Assembly: GCA_030431715.1 (NCBI GenBank)
Contig: JAUIIO010000005.1
Location: 17,542-81,541, forward strand
Origin: a bacterium
Lineage (GTDB): Bacteria > Bdellovibrionota_C > UBA2361 > RFPC01
DNA length: 64,000 nt
Direction of reading: 5' to 3'
Shown: positions 19,945-29,838 of the stretch, in pieces
Layout: the number at the start of each line of letters is the position of its first letter
Position numbering within the stretch: the first letter of the stretch is position 1
Made by a program: the position numbers and the translations under genes
Notes under the pieces: model-generated
What the model was told of the DNA's origin: nothing
The model's input: the letters and a program-made list of their open reading frames with translations, nothing else
Databases searched by the model: none

Positions 19945-21081
19945 ATGCATGGTAAGACTAAAACACTCCATTCTATCTTCTTTGTTATCTGTGTAATCAC
20001 TCCATTGAGTGCTCTCTGTGAAAGATATCTCTCTAGTGATACTGGTCTCGCCTTTGAAGAGTCCGCAAATTTGCGAGTTGCAGCCTCTAACAGCTTCGGA
20101 GATTTCATACTGCAGGTAAATAACACAAATCAGTATCTCTATTACCGAAGTGGGGAGGGGGAGTCGCCTCTCCCTTATTATTCAGGGGAAACGCTCATTT
20201 CTGTTGCTTTAAGCGATGATGATCGTATAGCCCTTGTTCTTAGTGAGGGAGACGAAGGTGAAACGATACTGAGGGTTGCTGACGCCAGCGGCACTATTCT
20301 TGAGACGTATCAGGTTGAAGACGTTAGTACCGAAGATCTACAAATAACTTCATTTTCTAAAGTTTTTTTTCGGCCTGATAATGTTCTCGGAGCCCTAGCA
20401 ATTTCAGCTGGAGAAAGCATATTCGATGCCACATACGTTGTTATCCCTTCGCTGGCAATGCCACACGCACAAGTCACGTCCTACGGATTTTCGTTTAGTT
20501 ACGTTGGAGCAGATAGCGATAGCTCTATGTACCTGAATAGATGTCTTGTCAGTGGACATTCAGTTTGCGGAGTGTCTCGTCTTGATGGAACAGACTATTT
20601 GCGGCTTCCACAGCCTGGCGGTGCAAGGGGGGCAAGGCTCTCGCTTGTGTGTAAGAATGGTAACTACATCGCTCAGCCTTATCCCTATGGTCCGAATTAT
20701 TACTACCGTAAGAAAGGAGAGGGAGACTATGCCGTGTATAAGCTCGCTCCTGGAAAAAGAACTCGCTTCTTTCGAAAAGCCTCGAATCAAACAGTCACTA
20801 TAGCTGATATGAATTCTTTCAGGACTCTCCTAAGAGTAACTTCAAGATTTAAGCGCGGAAGACTAACTCGACCAGCGATAGGTTCTGCGAAACGTCCTAA
20901 TCATCGTGGGAAAGTCAGATTGCTGAGTAGAATCACCTTTGGGCTATCACCTGACTGTAAGATGGTCGATCCCCTTAAGATATTTGTATCTGGAGAAATA
21001 CTTACTACGGCTCTCTGTAAACAAAACGATGAGAGAGTCATGAAGGTCTTACGCTTAGACGTGCTCCTTGAGCAACAATAA
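19945..21081 (+). CDS. Secreted hypothetical protein (378 aa)
   Basis: Signal peptide and several Cys; 11 bp after the previous gene. Confidence 0.5.
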   Translation: MHGKTKTLHSIFFVICVITPLSALCERYLSSDTGLAFEESANLRVAASNSFGDFILQVNNTNQYLYYRSGEGESPLPYYSGETLISVALSDDDRIALVLSEGDEGETILRVADASGTILETYQVEDVSTEDLQITSFSKVFFRPDNVLGALAISAGESIFDATYVVIPSLAMPHAQVTSYGFSFSYVGADSDSSMYLNRCLVSGHSVCGVSRLDGTDYLRLPQPGGARGARLSLVCKNGNYIAQPYPYGPNYYYRKKGEGDYAVYKLAPGKRTRFFRKASNQTVTIADMNSFRTLLRVTSRFKRGRLTRPAIGSAKRPNHRGKVRLLSRITFGLSPDCKMVDPLKIFVSGEILTTALCKQNDERVMKVLRLDVLLEQQ

Positions 21082-21091
21082 AGGCCAGAGC

Positions 21092-22501
21092 TTACGCTTC
21101 GTATATTCTTCGAGTGAGTACCGAATCTTTGAGTATGCGAAGCGCACCCTTGTCAGATCCCGAGAACCGTCCAATTTTTACCGGACCGTTTTCAAGCGCA
21201 AGTACTCCTCGTGGGCATACAGCCGCACAGACGCCACATCCAACACACGAGGCGCGTACGATATTTTCTCCGCGCTGAGCATACGCTTTTACATCAATTC
21301 CCATTTCGCAGTAGGTAGAGCAGTTTCCACAAGAGATACACTGACCACCATTAACCGTAATGCGAAATCTTGAAAAACAACGCTGGAAGATTCCAAGTAT
21401 CGCTGCCATTGGACAACCAAAACGACACCAGACTCGACTTCCAAGAAGTGGATAAAATCCGACACCGATAACCCCGGAGAAAATAGCACCTATGTAGAGT
21501 CCGTACAGTGATTTTGCTGAATAAGTCCAGCCTCCTAAGAGCGATCTTCCTGCATACTCATTTGCCCAGAGAAGTACTGTAATAAGAATGATAATGACTA
21601 AGATAGAGTGTATAAGCCATCGTTCAAGGATCCAAGCTCGCTCCGACTTGCTTGAAAGATGCCTGAAAGGATCTCCAGCTGTTTCAGCTAAGCCACCACA
21701 CCCACATACCCACGAACAGTACCAGCGTTTTCCAAAAAAGTACGTTAGAACTGGAGTGGCAATAAGCGCCATGACCGCACCCCAGAAGAACATAAATACT
21801 CCAACTCCTCCGCTCTGGATGAGTGAGTGTGCACTGTCTGGAAAGAGGTAGTCGTACTTCAGAGGCCAGAAATAGGTAAAGTAAAATTCAGGTTGTTGAA
21901 GCTTTCTTAAAAAAGCAGGGAGAAGAAATGCGAGTCCAAGTTGGCAGAACATTACAGAAAGTGTTCGTAAGATGTGATAGCGATTATGGCGATACCGGTA
22001 GAGCATTCGTATTCCCATAATGAGAATAGCAGAGGTGTAAAGGCTGCCGTATAAGAACCACTGATCTGCGGGAGCGTTTGCAAGAAGTCTGGCGAGAGGA
22101 TCGACGATATCTATCCATGGGGCAAAAAGTGGTAGAAAGCCAGCTGCTGTGAGGTCCTGATAGAAATAAAGATACACATAAAAAGCAGTGATAAGCACCC
22201 CGAGTATCCATGCTCCAATTCCACGTGAAGAGATTCCCTGTGTTTGTGTCCCGTTGTGTTTGATGCCGGGTGTGGTGCCAGTATAAAGGGAGGCTATCCA
22301 TCCAATTGCAGAAAGTGTTGTAAGACCAAATGTCAGTAACAGTGGTAAATAGGAGGGGGCTACCGACTGAAAGAACTCATAAAGTCGTGGACAGAGAGAC
22401 GCAAAAAAAAGAAGAAGCCCAATATAGGTGCCGATGCGAAAGAGAGTCGTCGTGGCGTGACGGGACTTTGGATTTGAAGAATGTATTTGAACGAGGCTCA
22501 T
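21092..22501 (-). CDS. Polytopic membrane protein with a C-terminal 2x[4Fe-4S] ferredoxin domain (NapH/MauN/CcoG-like)
   Basis: At least 8 TMs. CSWVCGCGG motif, then CISCGNCSTYC...CVGCGVCAAVCP. Confidence 0.65.
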   Translation of the reverse strand: MSLVQIHSSNPKSRHATTTLFRIGTYIGLLLFFASLCPRLYEFFQSVAPSYLPLLLTFGLTTLSAIGWIASLYTGTTPGIKHNGTQTQGISSRGIGAWILGVLITAFYVYLYFYQDLTAAGFLPLFAPWIDIVDPLARLLANAPADQWFLYGSLYTSAILIMGIRMLYRYRHNRYHILRTLSVMFCQLGLAFLLPAFLRKLQQPEFYFTYFWPLKYDYLFPDSAHSLIQSGGVGVFMFFWGAVMALIATPVLTYFFGKRWYCSWVCGCGGLAETAGDPFRHLSSKSERAWILERWLIHSILVIIILITVLLWANEYAGRSLLGGWTYSAKSLYGLYIGAIFSGVIGVGFYPLLGSRVWCRFGCPMAAILGIFQRCFSRFRITVNGGQCISCGNCSTYCEMGIDVKAYAQRGENIVRASCVGCGVCAAVCPRGVLALENGPVKIGRFSGSDKGALRILKDSVLTRRIYEA

Positions 22502-23772
22502 CTGAGCTCCTCCGCAAAAGCTGCCACGATCTCTGGCTCAAACCGCTTTGAGAATTCAGGATCAAAGTTTGCCTCTCCAAGTAACGGCAGTACTTCCTTT
22601 ACGGAGAGCTTCTGCTTAATCCACTCTTCGCAGGTTCGGTGTCGATATCGAATGCCCATAAGGTTGACGCCAATAAGAGCGCCACCGCGTTCAACAAGTC
22701 TCAAGCTGTGCAGTCCATTTTTTGAGCACCAGTAGTAATGGGTATCGTCCGGGTTCTGCTTCTGAACGGTCCCATATACCTGATATTCAAGGTCAAGAAA
22801 CTTTGCCGAGTTGTAGAAAATTCCGGGATCGTATGTGACTCGTTCACCGGTAAGATTTCTTGCTAACGTTTCTCCTTGAAATTTTCCGGTATACCAGATG
22901 GATTCCACTCTGCTACTGCCCTCAACCTCATTTTGAATCTCAGCGCAATCTCCACATGCGTATATATTTGGAATGCGAGTTTCTAAGTATTGGTTTACCA
23001 AAATCCCTTTATGCGTAGGTATCGAGGCAGCTTGGGCTAGTGTCTTATTGGGGTGAACTCCGGGAGTAAGTCCAACGATCTGACATGAGATTTCCCTTCC
23101 GTCCTCGGTAACGATAGCTCTTACTCGGCCAGTACTGTCAGGCAATATCTCTGCTAGGAGCGAAGAGGGGACAATCTCCATATTCTCTGCCCGGATAACG
23201 TGATTAATCATCTGAGATTCTTCATCAGGAAGAACGCTATTCCAGTAAGAGCATTCCCGAATAAGAAAGGTCACATGAATTCCCCTTGAGTGGAGCATTT
23301 CACCGAGCTCTATACCTATGAGCCCACCTCCAACAATGACTGCTGAAGAGGCATTAGGTACAAGCTGTTCAAGTTTTTCTAGATCTTGGAGGTTGTAAAG
23401 TCCGAGCACACCTGTGAGATCTTCACCGGGCCATCCAAAAGTGTTCGATTTTGATCCGGTAGCTAAAACGAGTTTGTCGTAAGAAAATGCGGTGCCGCTG
23501 GCAAGGCGAACTTTTTGGTCGCTCGAATCGATCTCTTCCACGTATCCGTGAACGAGCTCTATTTTTTTCTTCTCCCAAAACGTGGGCGGATAGGGCATCG
23601 TGTCGCGAAACTTCAAGTGCCCCATGAAGATATACATCAGCGCGGGTCTTGAGTAATGGTACTTTGATTCTGATGAGATAACGGTAATACGAACGCGCGG
23701 ATCTCTCGCTCGCACCTCTAGTGCTGTAGTGATTCCAGCAATTCCGTTGCCGATAATGACCAGTCTTTCCAA
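22498..23772 (-). CDS. FAD/NAD(P)-dependent pyridine nucleotide-disulfide family oxidoreductase
   Basis: N-terminal GxGxxG (VIIGNGIAGITTA) and a second dinucleotide fold (SAVIVGGGLIGIELGE). Its stop overlaps the start of the Fe-S membrane protein gene, so the two are read as one operon. Confidence 0.75.
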   Translation of the reverse strand: MERLVIIGNGIAGITTALEVRARDPRVRITVISSESKYHYSRPALMYIFMGHLKFRDTMPYPPTFWEKKKIELVHGYVEEIDSSDQKVRLASGTAFSYDKLVLATGSKSNTFGWPGEDLTGVLGLYNLQDLEKLEQLVPNASSAVIVGGGLIGIELGEMLHSRGIHVTFLIRECSYWNSVLPDEESQMINHVIRAENMEIVPSSLLAEILPDSTGRVRAIVTEDGREISCQIVGLTPGVHPNKTLAQAASIPTHKGILVNQYLETRIPNIYACGDCAEIQNEVEGSSRVESIWYTGKFQGETLARNLTGERVTYDPGIFYNSAKFLDLEYQVYGTVQKQNPDDTHYYWCSKNGLHSLRLVERGGALIGVNLMGIRYRHRTCEEWIKQKLSVKEVLPLLGEANFDPEFSKRFEPEIVAAFAEELR

Positions 23773-23873
23773 GCTCTCTCCTCGCTACTTTCTTTACGTT
23801 TGTAGCATTGGGGAGGATTTTGTTACAGATTATTTTCAGAGGGCGCTGAATAGGAGTATGTATGTTGATTCAA

Positions 23874-23950
23874 AAGATAAAAACACAGGAGCCCGCGGAG
23901 CTCGCGGAGGGGGAATTGTCCTCTCCGTGCTCTCCGCGGGCTCCTGTGTT
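23874..23950 (-). terminator. Long hairpin terminator downstream of the OMP gene
   Basis: 20-bp perfect stem (aaacacaggagcccgcggag / ctccgcgggctcctgtgttt) around a 30-nt loop, with a T-run on the minus strand. Confidence 0.55.
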
Positions 23951-23990
23951 TATTATTTTTGGAGTAAGAGTTGTTTTAGTTATGTAGTAA

Positions 23991-24695
23991 CTAGAATCTT
24001 ACACCAAGTGCCAGAGAAGCTTTCTGGTTTACTTCAGTGTCTTCATCAACCATCATTACACGGTAATCAGGCTTAAAGAACACTTGCTCAGAGATGTTCA
24101 TGAAGGCACCGGCACCAGCAGCAGCATAGAGTGCTGTGTGGTCACCGTCTTCGAGCTTGTCTCTATAGTGCTTAAGTCCACCACCAAGTGTTAGGTAAGG
24201 ATCAAATCCTTCTTCCTCGTCGGTGAGGTGAAAGAGAAAATCAGCGAAGTAGTCAAATACTTGAGTATCCTGAGGAAGTCTGTATGCGCCCGGGTTTGGA
24301 TGCTCTCGGTTACGGACTCTTCCACTGTATGCAGCACCGAACTCAAAACTTGTATAGTCAAGCATGCGGTAGAAACCGATTTTAAGTTCAGGAGCCATAA
24401 GGTGGTTAAGAACAGTCTCGTCTTTCTCCATGAATACATAACTGGCACCAACAGTAGCGTACAGTGGGTATTCACACTCATCTTCTTCGATAACTATTGG
24501 AGTAACTGGTTCTGGCTCAATTATCTCAACAGGGATTGGCTTAGGTTGCGCTCTTGGAGGAGCCACGTAACATGGATCTCCTGGTAAGCATCCATCTCCA
24601 ACGAGAGGAGGAAGTGCAGCTGCCGGCGCTGAAAGACTAACAATTGCAATGGCACAGCTAAATGCGTATGCGATAGATGAGGTTATTTTTTTCAT
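23991..24695 (-). CDS. Outer-membrane beta-barrel protein
   Basis: Signal peptide, alternating amphipathic strands, C-terminal ...LGVRF ending in Phe. Confidence 0.6.
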   Translation of the reverse strand: MKKITSSIAYAFSCAIAIVSLSAPAAALPPLVGDGCLPGDPCYVAPPRAQPKPIPVEIIEPEPVTPIVIEEDECEYPLYATVGASYVFMEKDETVLNHLMAPELKIGFYRMLDYTSFEFGAAYSGRVRNREHPNPGAYRLPQDTQVFDYFADFLFHLTDEEEGFDPYLTLGGGLKHYRDKLEDGDHTALYAAAGAGAFMNISEQVFFKPDYRVMMVDEDTEVNQKASLALGVRF

Positions 24696-24860
24696 TTCTT
24701 AACTCCGTTTTAGTATGAGTTCGCTATCTCATAAACGCTGTTATAGTATGTCACTGTCGATTCTTAGTAAAGAAATTCGAAAGGTTTCTACTGCTGAGTT
24801 GGATAGGGGGGGTGTGTGCCCATTATGTCTAGTAAAATCAAACAGATATGGTGATTTGCT

Positions 24861-25892
24861 GTGATGGAGAAGCGAATGCCGCTTATAGAACTTACTGAGC
24901 GAGGAATATACTGTAGTGTCGGCGATTTCTACATTGATCCAAGTCGTCCTGTAAAAAAGGCTATCATTACCCACGCCCACAGTGATCACGCACGACCGGG
25001 AAGTAAGGCATACCTGTGTGCTGAGTCTTGTCGCGAGCTTCTAGCTCTTCGTTTGCAAAAGGGGGCAACGATTGAAACAGTCCGATTTGGGGACGAGATT
25101 CAGATTGGAGACGCTACGGTATCACTTCACCCAGCGGGCCATATTCTGGGCTCCTCTCAGATAAGAATTGAGCACGGTGGAAACGTTTGCGTGGTAAGCG
25201 GCGATTACAAGTTACAGCAAGATCATAGCTGTGAAGCATTTGAACCAGTGCGGTGTGATCACTTTGTAACAGAGGCTACTTTTGCGTTACCTCTTTATCG
25301 ATGGGAAGCCGAGGAAAACGTTTTTAAAGATATACACACGTGGTGGCAAAGGAACCAACAAGAGTCAAGGACAAGTATCATCTACGCATATGCACTTGGC
25401 AAAACCCAGCGGATACTTGCTGGTCTTCATTCTGATATCGGTCCAATTGGATTACACGGATCAGCTTTGCAGTTTCTTGCTCCCTATAAGAATCAAGGAG
25501 TGAAATTTCCATCAGTCTTGAGTGCCAATGCAACAAACGCTGATGCCTTGAGATCAAAAGGACTTGTCCTTGCTCCGCCATCTGCAATGAAAGAGTCGTG
25601 GCTTAAGAAATTTGGCGCGTGCTCAGAAGCGTTTGCCTCAGGGTGGATGCAAGTGCGTGGCAAGCGCCGCATGCGAGCACTCGATCGCGGTTTCGTAATA
25701 AGCGATCATGTTGATTGGGACGGAATCCTTGAGACAATTGAAGCCACCGGAGCTCAACACATTACAGCAACACACGGAGATAGTGCGGTACTCGTTCGTT
25801 ATCTCCAAGAGAAGGGATATCGTGCCGATGCCCTAGAGATTACTGATAGAGCTCCAACTTCTAGCTTCTCGAATGAGGCAGATAGCGTATGA
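24861..25892 (+). CDS. Ligase-associated DNA damage response exonuclease (MBL-fold / beta-CASP-like)
   Basis: Metallo-beta-lactamase motif ITHAHSDHA. About 340 aa. Translationally coupled to the downstream ATP-dependent ligase (ATGA overlap). Confidence 0.7.
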   Translation: MMEKRMPLIELTERGIYCSVGDFYIDPSRPVKKAIITHAHSDHARPGSKAYLCAESCRELLALRLQKGATIETVRFGDEIQIGDATVSLHPAGHILGSSQIRIEHGGNVCVVSGDYKLQQDHSCEAFEPVRCDHFVTEATFALPLYRWEAEENVFKDIHTWWQRNQQESRTSIIYAYALGKTQRILAGLHSDIGPIGLHGSALQFLAPYKNQGVKFPSVLSANATNADALRSKGLVLAPPSAMKESWLKKFGACSEAFASGWMQVRGKRRMRALDRGFVISDHVDWDGILETIEATGAQHITATHGDSAVLVRYLQEKGYRADALEITDRAPTSSFSNEADSV

Positions 25893-27496
25893 AGGCCTTT
25901 ACCGATCTCTATCTTGAGCTCGATCTTTCCCAGGGCACAAAACAAAAAGTCTCTGCGCTTAAAGAGTATTTCTTAGAGACTCCACCTGAAGATGCGGTAC
26001 ATGCTCTGGCTTTTCTGAGCGGGAAACGCCCCTCTCGAGTAGTGAAGACGACACAGCTACGTGAGTGGATGGCGGAATTTTCCGGGTATCCACTGTGGCT
26101 TGTTGAGGAGTGCTATGACCATGCTGGCGATCTTGCAGAGACGCTTTCACTTCTTAAAAAACCTCCTTCGCAAATAAAGGAGTACTCTCTTGGGTCTATG
26201 GTAAATGAGATCTTGCTCCCTATGCAGAATCTTGAAGATGGCGAGAAAAAGCGCCGAGTGTTTGAGCTCTGGGATTCTCTCGGGAGACATGAGAGTTTTG
26301 TTTTTCACAAGCTACTTACTGGCGGCTTTCGAGTTGGCGTAGCGAAAAATCTTGTGATACGGGGATTATCAGTAGCCTATAACCTGCCTGAAGCCATCCT
26401 TGCGCACCGTATGGCAGGAGAGTGGCCCATAACAGCTCAGTTTTTTGAAAAACTAGTATCTCCAGAGCAAGGTGAAGAGATCTCTCCGGGACAGCCTTAT
26501 CCTTTTTTCCTAGCGCACGCTCTTACCGAGTCAGAGGAGCAGGAATTGAGAAAAGAGATAAAGGATCTTGTATTTGAGTGGAAATGGGACGGGATACGCG
26601 GCCAGCTTATTAAGCGTGCCGGTGAGGTTATGATCTGGTCGAGAGGGGATGAGGCAGTGACAGAGAGTTTTCCAGAAATTGCAGACTCTGCGTCGTCGTT
26701 ACCAGATGGAACCGTTCTTGATGGAGAGATCCTTGCATGGAAGCAGGGAGCTCCCTTGAGCTTCTTTGATCTTCAAAGGCGGCTTGGTCGTAAATCAGTG
26801 GGTAAAAAGTTACTTACTGAGGTGCCAGTCAAATTTATTGCATACGATCTCCTTGAGGATGAAGGGCGAGATATGCGTGAGGTTCCGCTACGTCAACGAA
26901 GAGAGCGCTTACAGAATGTGGTTGCATCACCTTTAGCGGATGAGAGTTTCTGTATCAATCTATCGCACTCGCTTGATGTCCAGCATTGGTCAGATGTTCA
27001 ACGCTTCAGGGAACAAGCAAGAGAAGAGCAGAGAGAGGGGATAATGATAAAGCGTTTAAGCTCTTCATACGGATCTGGGCGTAAGAAGGGAGCATGGTGG
27101 AAGTGGAAAGTGGAACCGTACACCTTTGATGCGGTGCTTCTCTATGCGCAAAAGGGGCATGGTCGAAGAGCAGGGGTTTATACTGACTATACATTTGCTG
27201 TCTGGGACAATGATGGAAATCTCGTTCCGGTTACAAAAGCGTATTCCGGGCTTACTGATGCAGATTTTCGTAAAGTTGATGCGTTTATTCGCAAGAACAC
27301 GGTAGATCGATTTGGCCCAGTGCGATCCGTGAAGCCCCAGCTTGTATTTGAGCTGGCGTTTGAAGGGGTTCGAGAGTCGTCGCGCCATAAGTCAGGTATT
27401 GCCATGCGTTTTCCGAGAATGAAGCGTCTTCGTGAGGATAAGACGCCAAGAGAAGTAGATTCACTCCGCTCACTTCAAAAGCTCATAAAAAAATAG
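25889..27496 (+). CDS. ATP-dependent DNA ligase
   Basis: Adenylation motif I (EWKWDGIRGQ) and the nucleotidyltransferase and OB domains of ATP-dependent ligases; about 535 aa. Confidence 0.85.
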   Translation: MKAFTDLYLELDLSQGTKQKVSALKEYFLETPPEDAVHALAFLSGKRPSRVVKTTQLREWMAEFSGYPLWLVEECYDHAGDLAETLSLLKKPPSQIKEYSLGSMVNEILLPMQNLEDGEKKRRVFELWDSLGRHESFVFHKLLTGGFRVGVAKNLVIRGLSVAYNLPEAILAHRMAGEWPITAQFFEKLVSPEQGEEISPGQPYPFFLAHALTESEEQELRKEIKDLVFEWKWDGIRGQLIKRAGEVMIWSRGDEAVTESFPEIADSASSLPDGTVLDGEILAWKQGAPLSFFDLQRRLGRKSVGKKLLTEVPVKFIAYDLLEDEGRDMREVPLRQRRERLQNVVASPLADESFCINLSHSLDVQHWSDVQRFREQAREEQREGIMIKRLSSSYGSGRKKGAWWKWKVEPYTFDAVLLYAQKGHGRRAGVYTDYTFAVWDNDGNLVPVTKAYSGLTDADFRKVDAFIRKNTVDRFGPVRSVKPQLVFELAFEGVRESSRHKSGIAMRFPRMKRLREDKTPREVDSLRSLQKLIKK

Positions 27497-27552
27497 TTTT
27501 GCCTTTCTTCAAAGCATCGTACGATAGCACCAGTATTTCTTAATGAGGTGTT

Positions 27553-28869
27553 ATGGATAAGAATGATAATAGGAAGAACTACAGTCTCTCTACGCGTTTG
27601 CTCTACGGGAAGATGCAGACGCAAGCTTGGGACTATACCCACCACGTTGTTCCTCCGATTACAATGTCATCTACCTTCCGTCTGAATTCTCCGCAGCGTG
27701 GGGCTGAGGGGTTTAGTGCCATAGGTCAACGCTATCCCGATGATCCCGGAGAGCAAACGTACGTATATGGAAGAATGGGAGAGCCCAACAATGATATGTT
27801 GTCAGATGTGCTGGCTGAAGCTGAAGGGAAGGAGTGCGCCGTGACGTATGCTACAGGCATGGCTGCGATTAATGCCGCCGTGCTCTTCTCGCTACAGGCA
27901 ACATCTGAGGTCATATCGCACAAGACCGTCTACGGCTGCACCTATAGCTTCTTTACAAATTGGATGCCGCGAATGGGTCACAAGGTTACGTTTTGTGATC
28001 TGAGTAATCCAAAGTCATTTGTCGAACATGTTACTGACAGAACACGTCTTCTCTATCTTGAGTCGCCAGCGAATCCAACTCTTGAGCTTCTCGATCTGGA
28101 AGCCATTATGGCCGAGGTGAAGAAGATTAATGCTTCAAGAGGAGAGGACGATAAAATTCTCACCGTAATGGATAATACGTTTGCTACTCCGTTTGGGCAA
28201 AACCCCGCTAAGTACGGCGTCGATCTTATCGTACACAGTTTAACCAAGGCGCTTAGTGGATTCGGTACGGTACTTGGTGGGGCTGTCGTTACTGATAAGA
28301 AATATAAAAATGGACTAACCCTCTTTAGGAAAGATTTTGGGGGATCGCTCTGTCCGTCAACGGCGTGGAATATCTTAGCTCATGGGGTATCAACGCTTTC
28401 GCTCAGGCTCCCAAAACAGCAAGCAAATGCGATGAAAGTCGCTGAGTACCTTGAGGCGCATCCAGATGTTGAGCGTGTGTACTATCCCGGTCTTAAGAGC
28501 TTTCCGCAGTATGACATAGCGCAGCGCATGCTCCGTGATTTTAACGGTAATTTTGCGCCGGGCTTCATGCTCTATTTTACGCTGAAAGCAGAGGATGGTG
28601 ATGCCTCAAAGGTGCGAGGTGAAAAAATGATGACGTACGTGGCAGATAATGCATATGCTATAACCCTCGCTGTGAGTCTTGGGCAGATTCGTACTCTTAT
28701 TGAGCATCCAGGTTCGATGACGCATGCTTCTTATTCTGCCGAAGAGCAGATTAAAATCGGTATGCATCCTGGAGGTATTCGATTAGCGATTGGGATTGAA
28801 GAGGCAGATGATATCATCAAGGATCTTGATGAAGCTCTCATTGCCACAAGAGAATTCGCAAATACATAA
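27553..28869 (+). CDS. PLP-dependent trans-sulfuration family enzyme (O-acetylhomoserine sulfhydrylase / methionine gamma-lyase family)
   Basis: Cys/Met-metabolism PLP fold with a lysine in HSLTKALSGFG. About 438 aa, typical for OAH sulfhydrylases. Confidence 0.75.
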   Translation: MDKNDNRKNYSLSTRLLYGKMQTQAWDYTHHVVPPITMSSTFRLNSPQRGAEGFSAIGQRYPDDPGEQTYVYGRMGEPNNDMLSDVLAEAEGKECAVTYATGMAAINAAVLFSLQATSEVISHKTVYGCTYSFFTNWMPRMGHKVTFCDLSNPKSFVEHVTDRTRLLYLESPANPTLELLDLEAIMAEVKKINASRGEDDKILTVMDNTFATPFGQNPAKYGVDLIVHSLTKALSGFGTVLGGAVVTDKKYKNGLTLFRKDFGGSLCPSTAWNILAHGVSTLSLRLPKQQANAMKVAEYLEAHPDVERVYYPGLKSFPQYDIAQRMLRDFNGNFAPGFMLYFTLKAEDGDASKVRGEKMMTYVADNAYAITLAVSLGQIRTLIEHPGSMTHASYSAEEQIKIGMHPGGIRLAIGIEEADDIIKDLDEALIATREFANT

Positions 28870-28893
28870 AGATTTAAACGGCAAAGGATAATT

Positions 28894-29817
28894 ATGAAAG
28901 CTCAAAATATTTTAGAGACAATTGGAAACACTCCGCATGTAAAGCTTAACAAGCTCTTTGGGCCTGAGCATAATGTTTGGATGAAGCTCGAACGAGCAAA
29001 TCCGGGAGGAAGTATTAAGGATCGAATAGGCTTAGCAATGATTGAGGCTGCTGAGAAGTCTGGTGAATTAAAGCCCGGTGCCACTATTGTTGAGCCCACG
29101 TCGGGAAACACTGGAATCGGGCTCGCTATGGCGGCAGCTGTAAAGGGGTATAAGCTTATTCTGGTTATGCCCGAGTCGATGTCTTTAGAGCGACGACGGT
29201 ATATGTATGCATTGGGCGCTGAATTAGATCTTACACCGAAGGAGGGGGGCATTCCGGGAGCGGTAGATCGTGCGTGTCAGCTTGTAGATGAGATTGATGG
29301 CGCATGGATGCCGCAGCAGTTTGTTAACCCTTCAAATGTAGAAATTCATAAAGCAACAACAGCTCAGGAGATTCTTAAGGACTTTCCTGATGGAATTGAT
29401 TACCTGATAACTGGCGTTGGAACTGGTGGTCACCTTACAGGCTGTGCAGAAGTATTAAAGGAAAAGTTTAGTGGGATGAAGGCCTATGCGGTTGAGCCTA
29501 CGCTTTCGCCAGTTATTAGTGGGGGAGAGCCTGGGCCGCATACCATTCAGGGGATTGGTGCTGGATTTATCCCCGAGAACCTACATCTTGATGCTATTGA
29601 TGGAGCTATACAGGTAGATCCCGAAGACGCGAAGGAGTATGCGAGACGAGCTGTAAGAGAAGAGGGCATCTTTCTCGGGATATCTTCTGGCGCCTCGTTA
29701 GCTGCTATTGCCAAAAAGCTTCCAGAAGTACCAGCTGGTAGTACGATCCTTACGTTTTGTTACGATACTGGAGAGAGGTATCTTTCCATTGAAGGGCTTT
29801 TCCCAGAAGGGGCGTGA
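28894..29817 (+). CDS. cysK: Cysteine synthase (O-acetylserine sulfhydrylase)
   Basis: [15 protein letters not shown] with the PLP lysine and [10 protein letters not shown]; 307 aa. Confidence 0.85.
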   Translation: MKAQNILETIGNTPHVKLNKLFGPEHNVWMKLERANPGGSIKDRIGLAMIEAAEKSGELKPGATIVEPTSGNTGIGLAMAAAVKGYKLILVMPESMSLERRRYMYALGAELDLTPKEGGIPGAVDRACQLVDEIDGAWMPQQFVNPSNVEIHKATTAQEILKDFPDGIDYLITGVGTGGHLTGCAEVLKEKFSGMKAYAVEPTLSPVISGGEPGPHTIQGIGAGFIPENLHLDAIDGAIQVDPEDAKEYARRAVREEGIFLGISSGASLAAIAKKLPEVPAGSTILTFCYDTGERYLSIEGLFPEGA

Positions 29818-29838
29818 ACCTCGTTCGATATTTCTTAG

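Noticed and set aside
24696-24860. LexA/SOS box upstream of the exonuclease-ligase pair
   Set aside because: CTGT-N-CACTG-like fragments are present but do not fit the E. coli CTGT-N8-ACAG consensus or another lineage consensus convincingly.
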